From: Takakia lepidozioides
Lineage: Eukaryota > Plantae > Bryophyta
DNA length: 64,000 bases
Direction of reading: 5' to 3'
Assembly (NCBI GenBank): GCA_030704615.1
Contig: CM060733.1
Location: 3,348,001 to 3,412,000 of the forward strand
Made by a program: the position numbers and the translations under genes. Shown here piece after piece: positions 49,658 through 62,279 of this stretch (within the stretch, counting starts at the first letter, position 1; the number at the start of each line of letters is the position of its first letter). The notes beneath the pieces are model-generated. The model was not told where the DNA came from, did not search any database, and saw only the letters and a list, made by a program, of their open reading frames with translations.

Positions 49658-51296
49658 GATTCTCACCCATCCCGTTATTCCTCTTCCTCTACGGGTATTG
49701 AGCTATCAGGGAGATGTGTGCTCGGTAAAGCAGGCTAGCGAGATAGGCAGGATCCAACGGAGATGAGTCAGAATTGACACTCACACGGTTTAACAACACA
49801 TCCTCACTCACACCTTCTTCATCCAAAACCCACACATAGGTACAGTAGGGTTTCCTCACCAAACGTACACTGCCGCCTTAAGTGTCGTGTTGATCTCTTT
49901 TATAAACGAAGGCCCACAACCTCATCTAACCAAGTGGCAAGCCCTGATTGGTCACTTGGATGCCATCCTGTCCAGATAGGATGCCACCTCATTCTATTTT
50001 AGAGATAAACTAGCTGTTAACATAAGACAATACTTAGTTTAAAAATAGATTGTTTCCAGCTTTTTATCCAAGCCCTTTTTCAACGGTCATCATCCAATGT
50101 CTGTTCATCCAAATGTCAATTTATCATAATCCCAAATTTTTTGGACAGGGCACTATGAAATGTTACTGGGCACTTACTTAACACAGGAATTGGAAAACAA
50201 ATATCATCTCATGGGTGTAATTGTGAAAGAAGCCAAAACAAGACATAAATGCTCCATCCCTTTTCTCCTTCAACCCTCCGTTGGCCCCTCGATGGGCTGT
50301 GTGTTGAGCAGTAGGCTCTGTATATTCACTGGACGTTATGGAGACAAACATGGAGCCTAAAGGAACCCAAACTCTCTTTTTTAGCCAAGCATAAGTTGAA
50401 CGCAATGTTCTTGCTGATCAATTGTGAGGGCCTTGTTTGGTGCCTACCAGTGTTGGACTGGTATACCTGGTTGGACCTAGTTATGGAATACAGGTATGAA
50501 TATATATATTGAAGAACATACCAGTCGGTTTATGAACCAACCGGTGTACCCATGTCATACACGTACTGGGGGGAGTATGTTCTTTAGGATTCCCCCCACA
50601 CATACCATACCAGTCTGGGTATATGGAGGCATAGAATGGTCCCGATACCAGTATTGCGGTGAGTTCATGGCGAATGGAGGTAGGTATGAGTATATGTTAG
50701 TTCAGCTAGTTATAACCTGTACTACAATTTGGTTAATTCAAGGCTCCATATTGCAATTCAGACTTCATTTGCTGTTTCGTGCTACTTTGGGTTACCTTTG
50801 CCTAGTGTTTCATACAATTAGCTATGTGCTAAATGACATTTATTTCTATGTATGGTGAGCTGTAGAAATACCATACCAGTGCTCATATCCCCCCAGTATC
50901 ACTACAGAGAAAGGACAATACCAGTACCATACTCATATACAGCCCAAAGTACAACTAATACCAGATTCATACCCAGGTTGCTCATACCTGTATAGATACC
51001 TATACCAGCCTGGTATGAAAAAAGGGGTGGGACCCTTCATACCAGTACCAGTCTGGTATTGCAAAATGGACATACCAGTCCAACACTGGTGCCTACATGC
51101 ATAGCACTGTACATCTATATGTTGAATCATGACCTGCCCAGTCTGCATGGCAAGATACTGGGATGTTTTTGCTAATGATATCTAGGTACTCTGGTAATGT
51201 TCATGTCATAGTTGATGGGAACTTTGAGGATGTGACAGGAAGGCACTGTTGTAAAGCCACGTTGCAAAGGTAGGTAGAAGGAATCTGGGCATTACA
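49658..51296 (-). repeat. 5' LTR, interrupted by a ~1.15 kb insertion (50118-51265)
   Basis: Matches the 3' LTR up to CATCCAAATGTC (50117) and resumes at AAAGGTAGGTAGAAGGAATCTGGGCATTACA (51266-51296). Confidence 0.85.
50448..51088. mobile_element. Non-autonomous hAT element (MITE), copy 2
   Basis: TIR CAGTGTTGGACTGGTAT, perfect 8-bp TSD GTGCCTAC, colinear with 6485-7133. Confidence 0.92.
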
Positions 51297-54200
51297 CGCC
51301 TCGGGCTACCGCCCTCTGCAGCGGGCATAAAATTAGTGGAGGGCCCTCCACTCGAGGCCCTCCCCTAAACTTAAAGACATTCCACCACGGTTTCGCACGT
51401 GTGTAGAGAGAGATGTTTTTTTGCAGGCATATGTATATGTCACATTCATCGTCTTGGTAAAATTCTCATGCTGCTGTGTCGTTACTACGCAAGTGCAGGA
51501 GGATCAGAAGGGCTCGAATTCTAGAACCGAGTGGCTCCAGTATCGTCTATGTACAAAAAATCGGACTGCAGTAATCGGCTACCATGAGTAGCTGGTTGAC
51601 TGCTCTGGAGGGAGAATTTGATTGTGCATAACCAACTTTAGGTACACACTTGAGACAATAATCTGCAACAACGCAGCTCCCTTGACTACGTACACGCTGG
51701 TCGAAGAAGCTTAAATTAGGTCGGGGGCTCATCTTGCAAGTTGCAACTACACCCACCATTGTCGCTGACACATTGAACCCTGTCCCTTGACTCATCTACT
51801 GACTCTCACAGATACCTCGACCGTATTTACGTATTGCAGATGTCATACCGCTGGCGTACAAATTATGTAGTGAATTTATTCAGATGTTAAGCAGATCTCT
51901 GAGGATGGATGGGTACGAAACATCAAGCTTTGATCTGAGGTCACGCTATAAGCGTTAACTGGGGGAGAGTTCTCTCGGGAAGAGCTGTATACCTGTGTTC
52001 TGAATGTATATTGGTGTTCAGAAGTGTGAATGAAATCTCGATGTACAAGCATCTAGGTGTCCTCTGCAGGGATATTCTGTTCCTTAAGCAAAACGAGTTT
52101 TCTTGCTGAGTAACCTTTGACATCTAAACCTCCAGAGAAGGGAGCATATGGAGTAGGACAATCGTGAAAAGCAACACCTACAAGGTAATACCGACAACTC
52201 CCAGTTTGGACGGGGGCTTCGCTATAGCGACTCAGCAAACATGAAATATCCAACATAGGCCTGGAAAGCAATTATAACTTTTCCTTGATCCCTCTCTGCT
52301 GTTGGAAACTATGTAAGTAGGTACGTAGGTACCTTATAATGGTATGAAGATTAGGAAAGTCACATTTGAAGTTGTATAGTTATGAGGTTTTTGTGATCAA
52401 ATGCTTGCACCCCAACTCCGGCTAGACGTGTTATGAAGTCATGGTGTCCGTGGCCTTACAAGGCAAGTATGGTATGACCTCTTTTGATCATGCAAAATTC
52501 TTTCACCTCAAAATCCAGTACACATCCAAAACACCTCGGTACACAAACTCTCCCTAGAGAAGTCCCTAGCTCGCTGCCGAGGGTTGCAATCCTGGACACT
52601 TGCTGTCTTTTCCTAAGAATCTAATTATCTAATTATCCGATTAGGTACCTTGATTATGAAGGGTCCAGGTCTCAACACTCCGATTGATCTCTAAATGACG
52701 TAAAGACCTATGAAAGAGGCATAGGGAGATTCCCTGCCACACCTCGCTGAACATCCTTTCAGTACACCCATGGGCCATCACCTCAAATACCCTCTTGCGA
52801 AATCATTTATTTGGGTTTTGGTTTTTTTTAACTATTGAGGGCCCACTCCGCATACACAGTGAGTTGAAGGCCGAGACGCAACGCTCGGTTCCTGTAGAAA
52901 GTAGACTTCATAATTTAGAAGTGGTTCAAGATTGTGTGACCATAAATATAGTTGACAAATTGGTCACATGTCTACAGTATTGTGTCGCCTGTACTCCATC
53001 GGCCTCTGAGAGGACAGAATTGAAGACATTGACTATGTGAGGAACGTGACAAATGCATCTGCTAACTATCATCAATTTAAGTTGGTGTGCAATCAAGTAG
53101 CAATCAAGATATGACAGTAGTTGACCTTGGTTCTCGTGAAATTGACAGATGACTCAAGTTGACCCTTGTCCTTGACATGGGAGAGGGGAGAAGGAGAGGC
53201 AAGAACGCTTCTATCATCAGGTTAATAAGTTAAAACAGTAGGTTGCATCCAGCAATCCTACCTCATCACAGCACAATCCGAAACACGCCCCGAGACAACA
53301 TGCTAATTATGTTGAAGAGCAGCCGGCAACATCCTTGGAACCTTCCGTTCAAATTTCCAAATGTGGCAATAATGCTTTAGAGTTGCAGTCTGTTTTTTGG
53401 AGCGATGTCGGTTGACACACAAAGTCAACTCCAGTCGAGAAGGGTCCAGACTCCAAGCTGCCGATGATGATGTGTTGCCGGGCACCCTGTCATTGTCGGG
53501 ACTGCAGGAGAGAGCAAAATTAGCAAAATACTAAGACTCACGTAAGATCATGTGGCAATCCAGACGAGGTGGCCCACGTGGGTCAATCGTAGAGTTAAAA
53601 TGCTATAAAGCTATGTAGGGGTATATACTATAGAATTTGGTAATTGGATAAGGACAGTCCCTGACAACAGATTTGAATAGGGTTCCTGTAAAGAAGTAAT
53701 AAAGGCTAAAGACTTGGTGATTGGAGGTATGAAGGATGTGAAGCTCTTTGATGCAAAGCCTGGGCCCTGAACGAAAGTGCTCATGCGTCGTCTCTTGGAG
53801 TGGTGTCAGAGTATGATTGCAATGATAGTGAGATGGGATGGGCTTGCCGCTCTGGAATTATCGAAGTACATATCCCACAGTGCTGCTGGTGGGGACCCAA
53901 CGTCTAAATGCAGCAAGGCCAGCCATGCAGTATAATGCTTCAGTTCGTATTTGACCTGTCCAACTAACTAACTTGGAAGAGTCAATACCCTAAAGCCTAG
54001 ACTGGGCCTGCATTATGATGATTTGCAATATAGGACACCAGTGTATCAGAGGGGGGGGGTGTGGAAACTGGCCGGTGGTTTCCGCGGGGAATGTAAGTCT
54101 TTCGTGGGAAGAGTAACATTGATCAAACAAGCAAGAAATTTGATGTCTTCTTTCAATGAGTGCTTGAAGACCCCATATTGAGAGCCCAATCATGTAGTTT

Positions 54201-54328
54201 GCAGCCACGGTGGTCAGAGGTTGGAAATTAGCCCAATAACCGGTTTAGTACAAGTATGTACTCGATTTGTGAATCTTTCTTTGAAATCTGGCTCTGCCTC
54301 TCAACAGATTTTCTTTGTGTTGTACAGA

Positions 54329-54563
54329 TTTTGCAGATGAGTTGAAGAAGGCACACCAGTTTGGAAGTCTAACGACATTTGGACGCGGCCTGCCCAGAGG
54401 GGGTGAAGTATCAGCTGTAAAATCCATGGATTTGTTGGTTGGTGAAGGTGGAAGAGTTGATGGGGGGTCGCTGGAATGCGGCAGCATCTGTGAATCTTGC
54501 AAAAAGTGGACAACTGAGTCGAAATGCTGCTTGTCCATGCGGCTCTGGAAAGAAGTACAAGAG
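54329..54563 (+). pseudogene. Isolated exon-like fragment with SEC-C zinc-binding motif
   Basis: LSRNAACPCGSGKKYKR followed by a GT donor, with an upstream polypyrimidine-AG acceptor and an internal frame change. Confidence 0.6.
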
Positions 54564-55079
54564 GTGGGTTCTCGCTCTTTTCACAGCTCCTCTCATCTCC
54601 CTGCCCCATTCCAATGGGAGTATCGTAAGGCGGAGAGAAGCAATGTTTCTGGCTGCTTTATCTCACACTCATACTTAAACAAATGGATTTTGTGGCTAGA
54701 TGAGTCAAATTTCAAACTTAAAGCAAAGCAAGTAGTACTATCAAACATCATGTAGCCTGGCAATAAGCTGGCCGTGAGGCATCTGTGGCTTGAACACTAT
54801 CTTACAAGCAAAGTATGCTCCAAATATATTGCCTATCATTTACTAGACCATGACTGGTAAAAATCCGGGGAGTTCTATTGCAAGTGTTGTGGGAAGTCAT
54901 AAGCTTGGACTTGAAACAGGGAAGTCATGCTGCACAAGCACGCACTTATGAAGAGTTTGTGCTATGTTGTGAGGTTAGGTGGCCTCCTGTCGTTTTATCG
55001 TTTTGGTCACTTACTTTCACTCCAAAGGGACTTTGACAGATGCAACTGGGTCTTTACATCTTTACATCAACACTTCCTC

Positions 55080-58000
55080 TGAGCAAATGATGTGCAAAGG
55101 GGTGAAGCCCAACCGCATAATGTTTGTTTGCATTGGCAATGCGTGTGCAAGCCTGGCAGCCCTGGAAAGGTGCAAAGAGGTCCATGGTGACATCGTCAAA
55201 TTTGGAATTGTACCCGATGTCATTCTGAACACTACCCTGCTGGACATGTATGTCAAATGTGAGTGCATCGAGGATGGAAAGGGAGTGTTCGACAGTATGG
55301 CTGAATGAGATGTGCTGTCGTGGAGTGCGACGATTGCAGGATATGCACAGCAAGTATGCGGGATGGAGGCTTTGGAGACCTATGAGCAATTGATGTGCGA
55401 AGGGGTGAAGCCCAACCGCAACACATTTGTTTGTGTTTGCAATGCGTGTGCAAGCCTAGGAGCTCTAGAAAAGGGGAAAGAGATCCATGGTGACATCGTC
55501 AAAAGCTGGATTTGTACCAGATGTCATCCTGAAACTGCCCTGGTGGACATGTATGCCAAATCTGGGTGCATGAAGGATGCGAAGGGAGTTTTCAAATGGC
55601 TGAACAAGATGTGGTGTCGTGGAACGCGATGCTTGCAGGGTATGCACAGCAGGGGCGTGGGATGGAGGCTTTTGAGACCTATGAGCAAATGATGGGGGAA
55701 GGGGTGAAGCCCGACCACACCACGTTTGTGTGTGTTTGCAATGCGTGTGCAAGCATGACAGCCCTGGAAAAGGGCAAAGAGGCGCATGGTTGTATCGCCA
55801 AAGCTGGAACTATACCAGGTGTGATCCTGAACACTGCCCTGGTGGACATATATGCCAAATGTGGGAGCATTGAGGATGCAGAGGGAGTGTTCAACAATAT
55901 GGCTGAACGAGATTTATTGTTGTGGAACGTGATGCTTGCAGGATATGCACAGCAGGGCATGGGATGGAGGACTTGGAGACCTATGAGCAAATGATGGGGG
56001 AATGGGTGAAGCGCGACCACATCACGTTTGTGTGCGTTTGCAGTGTGTATGCAAGCCTGGCAGCCCTGGAAAAGGGCAAAGAGGTGCATGGTTGCATCGA
56101 GCTGGAATTGTACAGATGTGATTCTGAACAATACCCTCGTGGACATGTATGCCAAATGTGGGAGCACTGAGGATGCGGAGGGAGTCTTCAACAATATGGC
56201 TGAACGAGATTTCGTGTCATGGAACGCCATGCTTGCAGGGTATATGCACAGCAGGGGCGCGGGATGGAGGCCTTGGATCATACCTATGAGCAAATGATGG
56301 GGGAAGGGGTGAAATGCAACCACATCACGTTTGTGAGCGTTTGCAATGCTTGTGCAAGCCTGGCAGCCCTGGAAAAGGGCAAAGGGGTATATGATGACAT
56401 CATCAAAGCTGGAATTGTACCAAGGTTGCAATGCGTGTGCAAGCCTGGGAGCCCTGGAAAATGGGAAAGAGGTCCATTGGTGACATCGTCAAAGCTGGAA
56501 TTGCACCAGATTCATCCTGAACACTGCCCTGGCGGACATATGCCAAATGTGGGTGGATCGAGGATGCAAAGGGAGTTTTCAACACTGTGGTTAAAAGAAA
56601 TGTGGTGTCGTGGAACGCGACGCTTGCAGGGTATGCACAGCAGGGGCACGGGATGGAGGCTTTGGAGACCTATGAACAAATGATGGGGGAAGTGGTGAAG
56701 CCCTCATGGAGTGCAATGATTGCAGGATATGCTCAACATGGATCTGGTACAGAGGCATTCAAAATGTATGAGCAAATGCTGCGCGAAGGGGTGAAGCCCA
56801 ACCACATCACATTTGTTTGTGTTTGCAATGCGTATGAAAGCATGGGGGCCCTGGAAAAGCAAGGACAATGTGGTGAGGGCACCTTCTTTGTCGACCTATT
56901 TCAGCCTGTTTTGCGCTCTCATCAGACTCAGCCCTGAGATGCATATTGAATTCTATAAGTTAGCTCGTTGGGTGGATCTGTGGTGGTTTGGAATGACTTT
57001 GACAAGTAACTGCTGATGTGGCAGCAGGAAAGTATCCAAAAACAGATAACAGAGATGAGGATCTACCAAGCATGGGTGTGGTACGAATGCTTTGGAGACC
57101 TATGAGCAAATGATGCATGAAGGGGTGAAGCCCAACCACATCACGTTTGTGCCCTGGCGGACAGGTATGCCAAATGTGGGTGCATTGTCAGACCTGCAAT
57201 TGTACAAAATGTCATTCAGAACAATACCCTTGTGGACATGTATGAAGGGAGTGTTCGACAGTATGGCTGAACGAGATATTGTGTCGTGGAGTGCGATGAT
57301 TGCAGGATATGCACAGCAAGGGTGCGGGATGGAGGCTTTAGAGATCTAGGAGCAAATGTTGCACGAAGGGGTGAAGCCCAACCACATCACATTTGTTTGT
57401 GTTTGCAATGCGTGTGCAAGACTGGGAGCTCTGGAAAAGGGGAAAGAGGTCCGTGGTGACATCGTCCAAGCTGGAATTGTACCAGATGTCATTCTGAACA
57501 CTGCCCTGGTGGACAGGTATGCCAAATGTGGGTGCATTGTCAGACCTGCAATTGTACAAAATGTCATTCAGAACAATACCCTTGTGGACATGTATGAAGG
57601 GAGTGTTCGACATTATGGCTGAACGAGATATTGTGTCGTGGAGTGCGATGATTGCAGGATATGCACAGCAAGGGTGCGGGATGGAGGCTTTGGAGACCTA
57701 GGAGCAAATGTTGTGCGAAGGGGCGAAACCCAACCACATCACATTTGTTTGTGTTTGCAATGCGTGTGCAAGCCTGGGAGCTCTGGAAAAGGGGAAAGAG
57801 GTCCGTGGTGACATCGCCAAAGCTGGAATTGTACCAGATGTCATCCTGAACACTGCCCTGGTGGACATGTATGCCAAATGTGGGTGCATTAAGGATACGA
57901 AGGGAGTTAATTTCAACACCATGGCTGAACGAGATGTGGTGTCATGGAACACGATGTTTGCAGGGGTATGAGCAGCAGGGGCATGGGATGGATACTTTGG

Positions 58001-58704
58001 AGACCTATGAGCAAATGATGGGGGAAGGGGTGAAGCCACATCACCTTTGTGTGCGTTTGCAGTTCGTGTGCAAGCCTGACAGCACTGGAAAAGGGCAAAG
58101 AGGTGCATGGTTGCATCGCCAAAGCTGGAATTGTACCAGATGTGATTCTGAACAATACCCTCGTGGACATGTATGCCAAATGTGGGTGCATTAAAGATGC
58201 GGATGAAGTGTTCAACAGTATGGCTGAACGAGATTCGGTGTCATGGAATGCCATGCTTGCAGGATATGCACAGCAAGGGCGCGGGATGGAGGCCTTGGAG
58301 ACCTATGAGCAAATGATGGGTAAGGGGTGAAGTGCGACCACATCACGTTTGTGAGCGTTTGCAATGCTTGTGCGCATGGTGACATCATCAAAGCTGGAAT
58401 TGTATCAAGGTTGCAATGTGTGTACAAACCTGGGAGCCCTGGAAAATGGGAAAGAGGTCCGTGGTGACATCGTCAAAGCTGGAATTGCACCAGATTCATC
58501 CTGAACACTGCCCTGATGGACATATGCCAAATGTGGGTGGATCGAGGATGCGAAGGGAGTTTTCAACACTGTGGTTGAAAGAAATGTGGTGTCGTGGAAC
58601 GCTATGCTTGCAGGGTATGCACAGCAGGGGCACGAGATGGAGGCTTTGGAGACCTATGAACAAATGATGGGGGAAGTGGTGAAGCCCTCATGGAGTGCAA
58701 TGAT
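55080..58704 (+). pseudogene. Decayed PLS-class PPR repeat array with internal duplications
   Basis: About 10 P-L-S triplets (VVSWNAMLAGYAQQG / EGVKPNHITFVCVCNACASL / DVILNTALVDMYAKCG) broken by many indels and stops. No E/DYW domain is visible. Confidence 0.9.
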
Positions 58705-60142
58705 CCGGAAGGCTTGCCGGAAGGATGAGCTTGCGAAGTCCGTGATGCATGACTTGAGGATGGGGGTTAAATCGCAGTTCCACTTGCAAAATGGACTGCT
58801 CCGGTATAAGCAAAAGCGTCTCTACGTGTCGAAGGGAGGGATCAGGGATAGTCTCTTGAGAGAATGCCATGATAGCCCGCTTGCGGGCCACGACGGAGCC
58901 AAGCGCACTGCGTCACTCTTGAAGAAAGAGTATTTCTGGCCCAAACTGAGGGAGGAGGCAGAGGAGTATGTCAAGACATGCACCACATGCCAACAAAACC
59001 GGAGCGAGTACAAAAAGCAAGCGGGGCTGTTACAACCCTTGCCGATTCCAGAGGGGACTTGGGAAAGCGTCTCGATGGATTTCATGACTGCTATGCCGCT
59101 GTCAAAAGGATTCGATGCAATCATGGTGGTGGTGGATAGGTTCAGTAAAATGGGCCATTTCATCCCCACCAAGGAGACGGCAACGGCACAGGAGACAGGG
59201 CGACTTTACTTTGCCCACGTCTTAAAGCATCATGGAGTCCCGAAGGATATTGTCTCGGACCGCGATCCAAAGTTTACCAGTAAATTTTGGAGGACACTTT
59301 GGAAGAAGATGGGGACGAGGCTGAAGATGAGCACCGCCTTCCGACCTACGACCGACGGCCAAACGGAAAGAGTGAATTCCGTAGTGAAGCAATTCTTGCG
59401 GAATTACGTGTCAGCAGACCAATCAGACTGGATGAAACACTTAGACGCGGCAGAGTTCTGTTATAATAACACAAAACACTCCGCAACGGGAGTTTCCCCT
59501 TTCGTATTGGTCTATGGAAAAGCACCTCTGGTGCCGATAAGTTGGGCCGCCCAGGACGTTGAGGAACCGGCAGTAGCGGAGGTACTAGAAGAACACGAGC
59601 GTTTGTTGAAGCTCGCAAAGTACAACATTGCCAAAGCTAGGAAACGGTATGAAAGGCAGGCGAATCGGAAGCGGAGGGAAGTGAAGTTTGAGGCAGGCAC
59701 GGAGGTCTGGTTGAACATCAAGAATTTCCGACTACCTCCGGAAGTGAGTCCGAAGTTCGTACCTCCATATGCGGGACCCTTTCGCATTCGGAAGGTCATG
59801 AATGAGGATGTGTATGAATTGGAGCTGCCGACAAACAGCAAGGTGCACCTAATATTCCATGTCTCCCTTTTGAAGCCTTACTTCAAAGACGAAGTGCGTC
59901 CGAATCGGCATCAAGTGTTGCGTCCGCCACCTATGCTGTTGGATCATGAAAATGAACCTGAGTACGAGGTGGAGGCAATACTTAAGTCGAGGAGGTTCAA
60001 GAACCGAGAAATGGAGTATCTCGTCAAATGGAAGGGCTATCATCAGGTGGAGGCATCTTGGGTGCGTGCCTCAGAAATGGGAAACGCATCCGAGGCGGTT
60101 GCAGTTTTCGAAGGGCGACCTCAAAAGCGGAAGAAGCGTTGA
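58571..60142 (+). CDS. Chimeric ORF: one PPR motif fused in frame to an uninterrupted chromo-integrase
   Basis: 523-aa ORF whose first ~45 aa are PPR; junction at 58704 (SWSAMI|RKACRK). Expression unknown. Confidence 0.6.
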   Translation: MVERNVVSWNAMLAGYAQQGHEMEALETYEQMMGEVVKPSWSAMIRKACRKDELAKSVMHDLRMGVKSQFHLQNGLLRYKQKRLYVSKGGIRDSLLRECHDSPLAGHDGAKRTASLLKKEYFWPKLREEAEEYVKTCTTCQQNRSEYKKQAGLLQPLPIPEGTWESVSMDFMTAMPLSKGFDAIMVVVDRFSKMGHFIPTKETATAQETGRLYFAHVLKHHGVPKDIVSDRDPKFTSKFWRTLWKKMGTRLKMSTAFRPTTDGQTERVNSVVKQFLRNYVSADQSDWMKHLDAAEFCYNNTKHSATGVSPFVLVYGKAPLVPISWAAQDVEEPAVAEVLEEHERLLKLAKYNIAKARKRYERQANRKRREVKFEAGTEVWLNIKNFRLPPEVSPKFVPPYAGPFRIRKVMNEDVYELELPTNSKVHLIFHVSLLKPYFKDEVRPNRHQVLRPPPMLLDHENEPEYEVEAILKSRRFKNREMEYLVKWKGYHQVEASWVRASEMGNASEAVAVFEGRPQKRKKR

Positions 60143-61776
60143 TGGGGACATCAACCTTGGAGCGTGGGGGAGGAAATGCATGCTTAGCCCGGCTTAGCTA
60201 GCTTAGGAATCCGATTGCAAAAACTTGTATTGTACAAAACGTGCTATAAATGAAATGGCTTCCAAATATTGTGCGTCCTATTTTGTTTGGAATGTTGATG
60301 CATGGTATGGTTGGCTAGTGTGTAGAATGCATGCCAGCTTATAAAAGTGGGAGAGGTAAATTGGGTTAACCGTGTGTTTGCGTAGTGCCGAAATCGGGTG
60401 ACCCCCATCCAAGGGGCAAGGAAACTTGCGACTTCTTTGGGAGTTCACGTGCTAGTGCGCACCTGGCACGTGCGCGTACTATAACTGCGCTACCGAGGGG
60501 GTTGCCTTGTAGTGCGGGCTAACGCGGAAGCTACGTGCTTCCGTTCACGTACTATAATCGTGTAGCCTCGGGACGAAGTCGTAGTGCGGCTTCGGTGTGT
60601 TCCCGTACCTCAGGCCAGCATTCCAAGGTGGACCCAATTGTAGTGATTGGGGCGCACGGTTGGTTCAAGGTTATCTTCCTAGTCAAAGAGGGTTCCAGGG
60701 AACCCTTGCTCAAGGTGATGCCAAAAGCGGCATCATGAGCGATCGCAAGCAATGTTGTTGCAGTAAGGCGATTTGATCCTCGGGGAGGATCGTTCCTTGG
60801 CCTTGAAGTAGGCCAAGAAGAGTGCACTGGGAGGAGCTGGAGAGGCTCCACCCTTGGCCGGGACTTGGAGGAAGTCGGCCAAACTAGCTAGTGGAGAGTA
60901 GAGTCAAGTGTGGGGTTTGGTTCTTTGCCATGGGACGCCATGGTACGGAAACAAACTCCTTGATGTGGGACGCCACAACTTGGATGTTCGTTTCTACAAA
61001 ATGGACAAGTCGATGAGGACATCGACTCCCTGTTGGTAGGGGTGTGTGTCGCGGCCCTTTGCCTTGAGGGCAGGGGGTCGGGACACATGAGGGGCTGCCC
61101 CTGTGGTGGGGGCAGCGGCAGCGATAGGTATGGGGGGGGCTGAAGCACCCTTGAGTGCCCAAGGCACTCAAGGAGGCGGAGGCGCTCACTAGGTGGAGCC
61201 CCGCACACCGGGTTGCGGTGGGGGTGGCTCCACAAGGGGTGGTGGTAGCTTAGCGGGACTTAGTGGGGGTGGCATAGGACTCACCATGGGGGCGGAGACC
61301 TTGTGGTGGGAGTCGTGGGGAGTCTTGGGACTCATCACGGTCCAGAGGGGCCGTGGTGAGTGGGCCAAGACTCACCGCGACTCATCACCGGGAGTCGAGG
61401 GTTTTCGTGGTGGTTCGCCATAAAATGACATGGCTGGTTGTGAAACCCCCGCGGACAGCTACAGAAGTATATATAAGGGAGTAGTGACCCCGAGAACGGT
61501 GCAAGCCCGTTGGTGACCAAAAACTAGTGAGTAAGCGAGCGAGCCGGAAAGCGACCAAAGAGTGGGGAGCTGTTCCGGACTGCCATCTACCAAAGGGAAT
61601 TCTCCTAGGCCCAAATAGGTGGAGGGTTTAGTGGGAAGCGAAGGGGGGACCGTTATGTCCCGGTGAGCAGCCGGAGCTCCAAGTTGGCCCGGGCGGCCAG
61701 GTTGGGAGTCAGGCGCGCGCATCGGAGCGAGTAACTATGACTTGAAGGGGAGCTTACCAAAGTGAGGTGCGCGACA
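58705..61776 (+). mobile_element. 5'-truncated chromovirus (Galadriel/Tcn1-like) Ty3/gypsy element: integrase, chromodomain and 3' LTR
   Basis: HDSPLAGH...CTTC, SMDF, VSDRD, DGQTERVN, YAGPF and chromodomain EYEVEAIL...YLVKWKGY...SW; PPT at ~61035-61046; LTR at 61047-61776. Confidence 0.92.
61047..61776 (+). repeat. 3' LTR (730 bp), same family as 3633-4361
   Basis: TGTCGCGG...GCGCGACA, preceded by a purine-rich tract. Confidence 0.92.
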
Positions 61777-62279
61777 CAACCACCCATAAAAGCAAGCGCC
61801 CAAACCAAACTAGCATGGCGCACATTCAAGCATGCATGTGTAGGAGGATGATTCAAACACAAGAAACTCAAACAACAACACCTCCCACAGCGTAAATCAA
61901 TCGATCTCCTTGCGGGTTCAATAAATCTGCAAGATGGCCAAATCTCTATCCAAACTAGCTCTGCCTCCGCTTACGGAAAAGCTTTGGTCTACAAGAATGA
62001 TGGAAGACTATAGAGAAGGGAAGCTAAAGCAATCTTTAAGCCCAGAATGCTTTCATCCCATTACTCCCCCTATCTTCACACTCATTCTTGCTCAAGCAAT
62101 AGATAAGATCATCCTTAAAGAACCTCTCAAATAACTCTCAAGAGCCCTCAAATTATTGCCATGAACTTCTGAAATCTGCCCTCAATCAGCCCCTAACATA
62201 GACCCACCGAGGTTCAAGAAGTTCGCAAACTTGGATTCTAAACAGTCCACCAAAAGGTCCTAGGCGCCCGCCAATTAGT

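Larger units (their letters stand above)
42387..51296 (-). mobile_element. Near-complete Ty3/gypsy (non-chromovirus) LTR retrotransposon with extra 5' ORF and dUTPase-like domain
   Basis: LTRs at 42387-42894 and 49658-51296 (the latter interrupted), terminal inverted repeat TGTAA(A/TG)GCCAGATTC, and domain order gag-PR-(dUT)-RT-RH-INT. Confidence 0.9.

Noticed and set aside
50118-51265. Classification of the insertion that hosts hAT copy 2
   Set aside because: No clear TIR, TSD or tail at its junctions, so it is left unclassified.
53680-53830. KPGP...LLEW fragment reminiscent of a nucleotidyltransferase C-terminus
   Set aside because: Too short, contains a stop, and has no supporting exons.
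3633-61776. The two chromovirus LTRs as ends of one 58-kb element
   Set aside because: They are inverted, the flanks do not form a TSD (GTAGC vs CAACC), and they diverge near the U5 end. They are two separate insertions.
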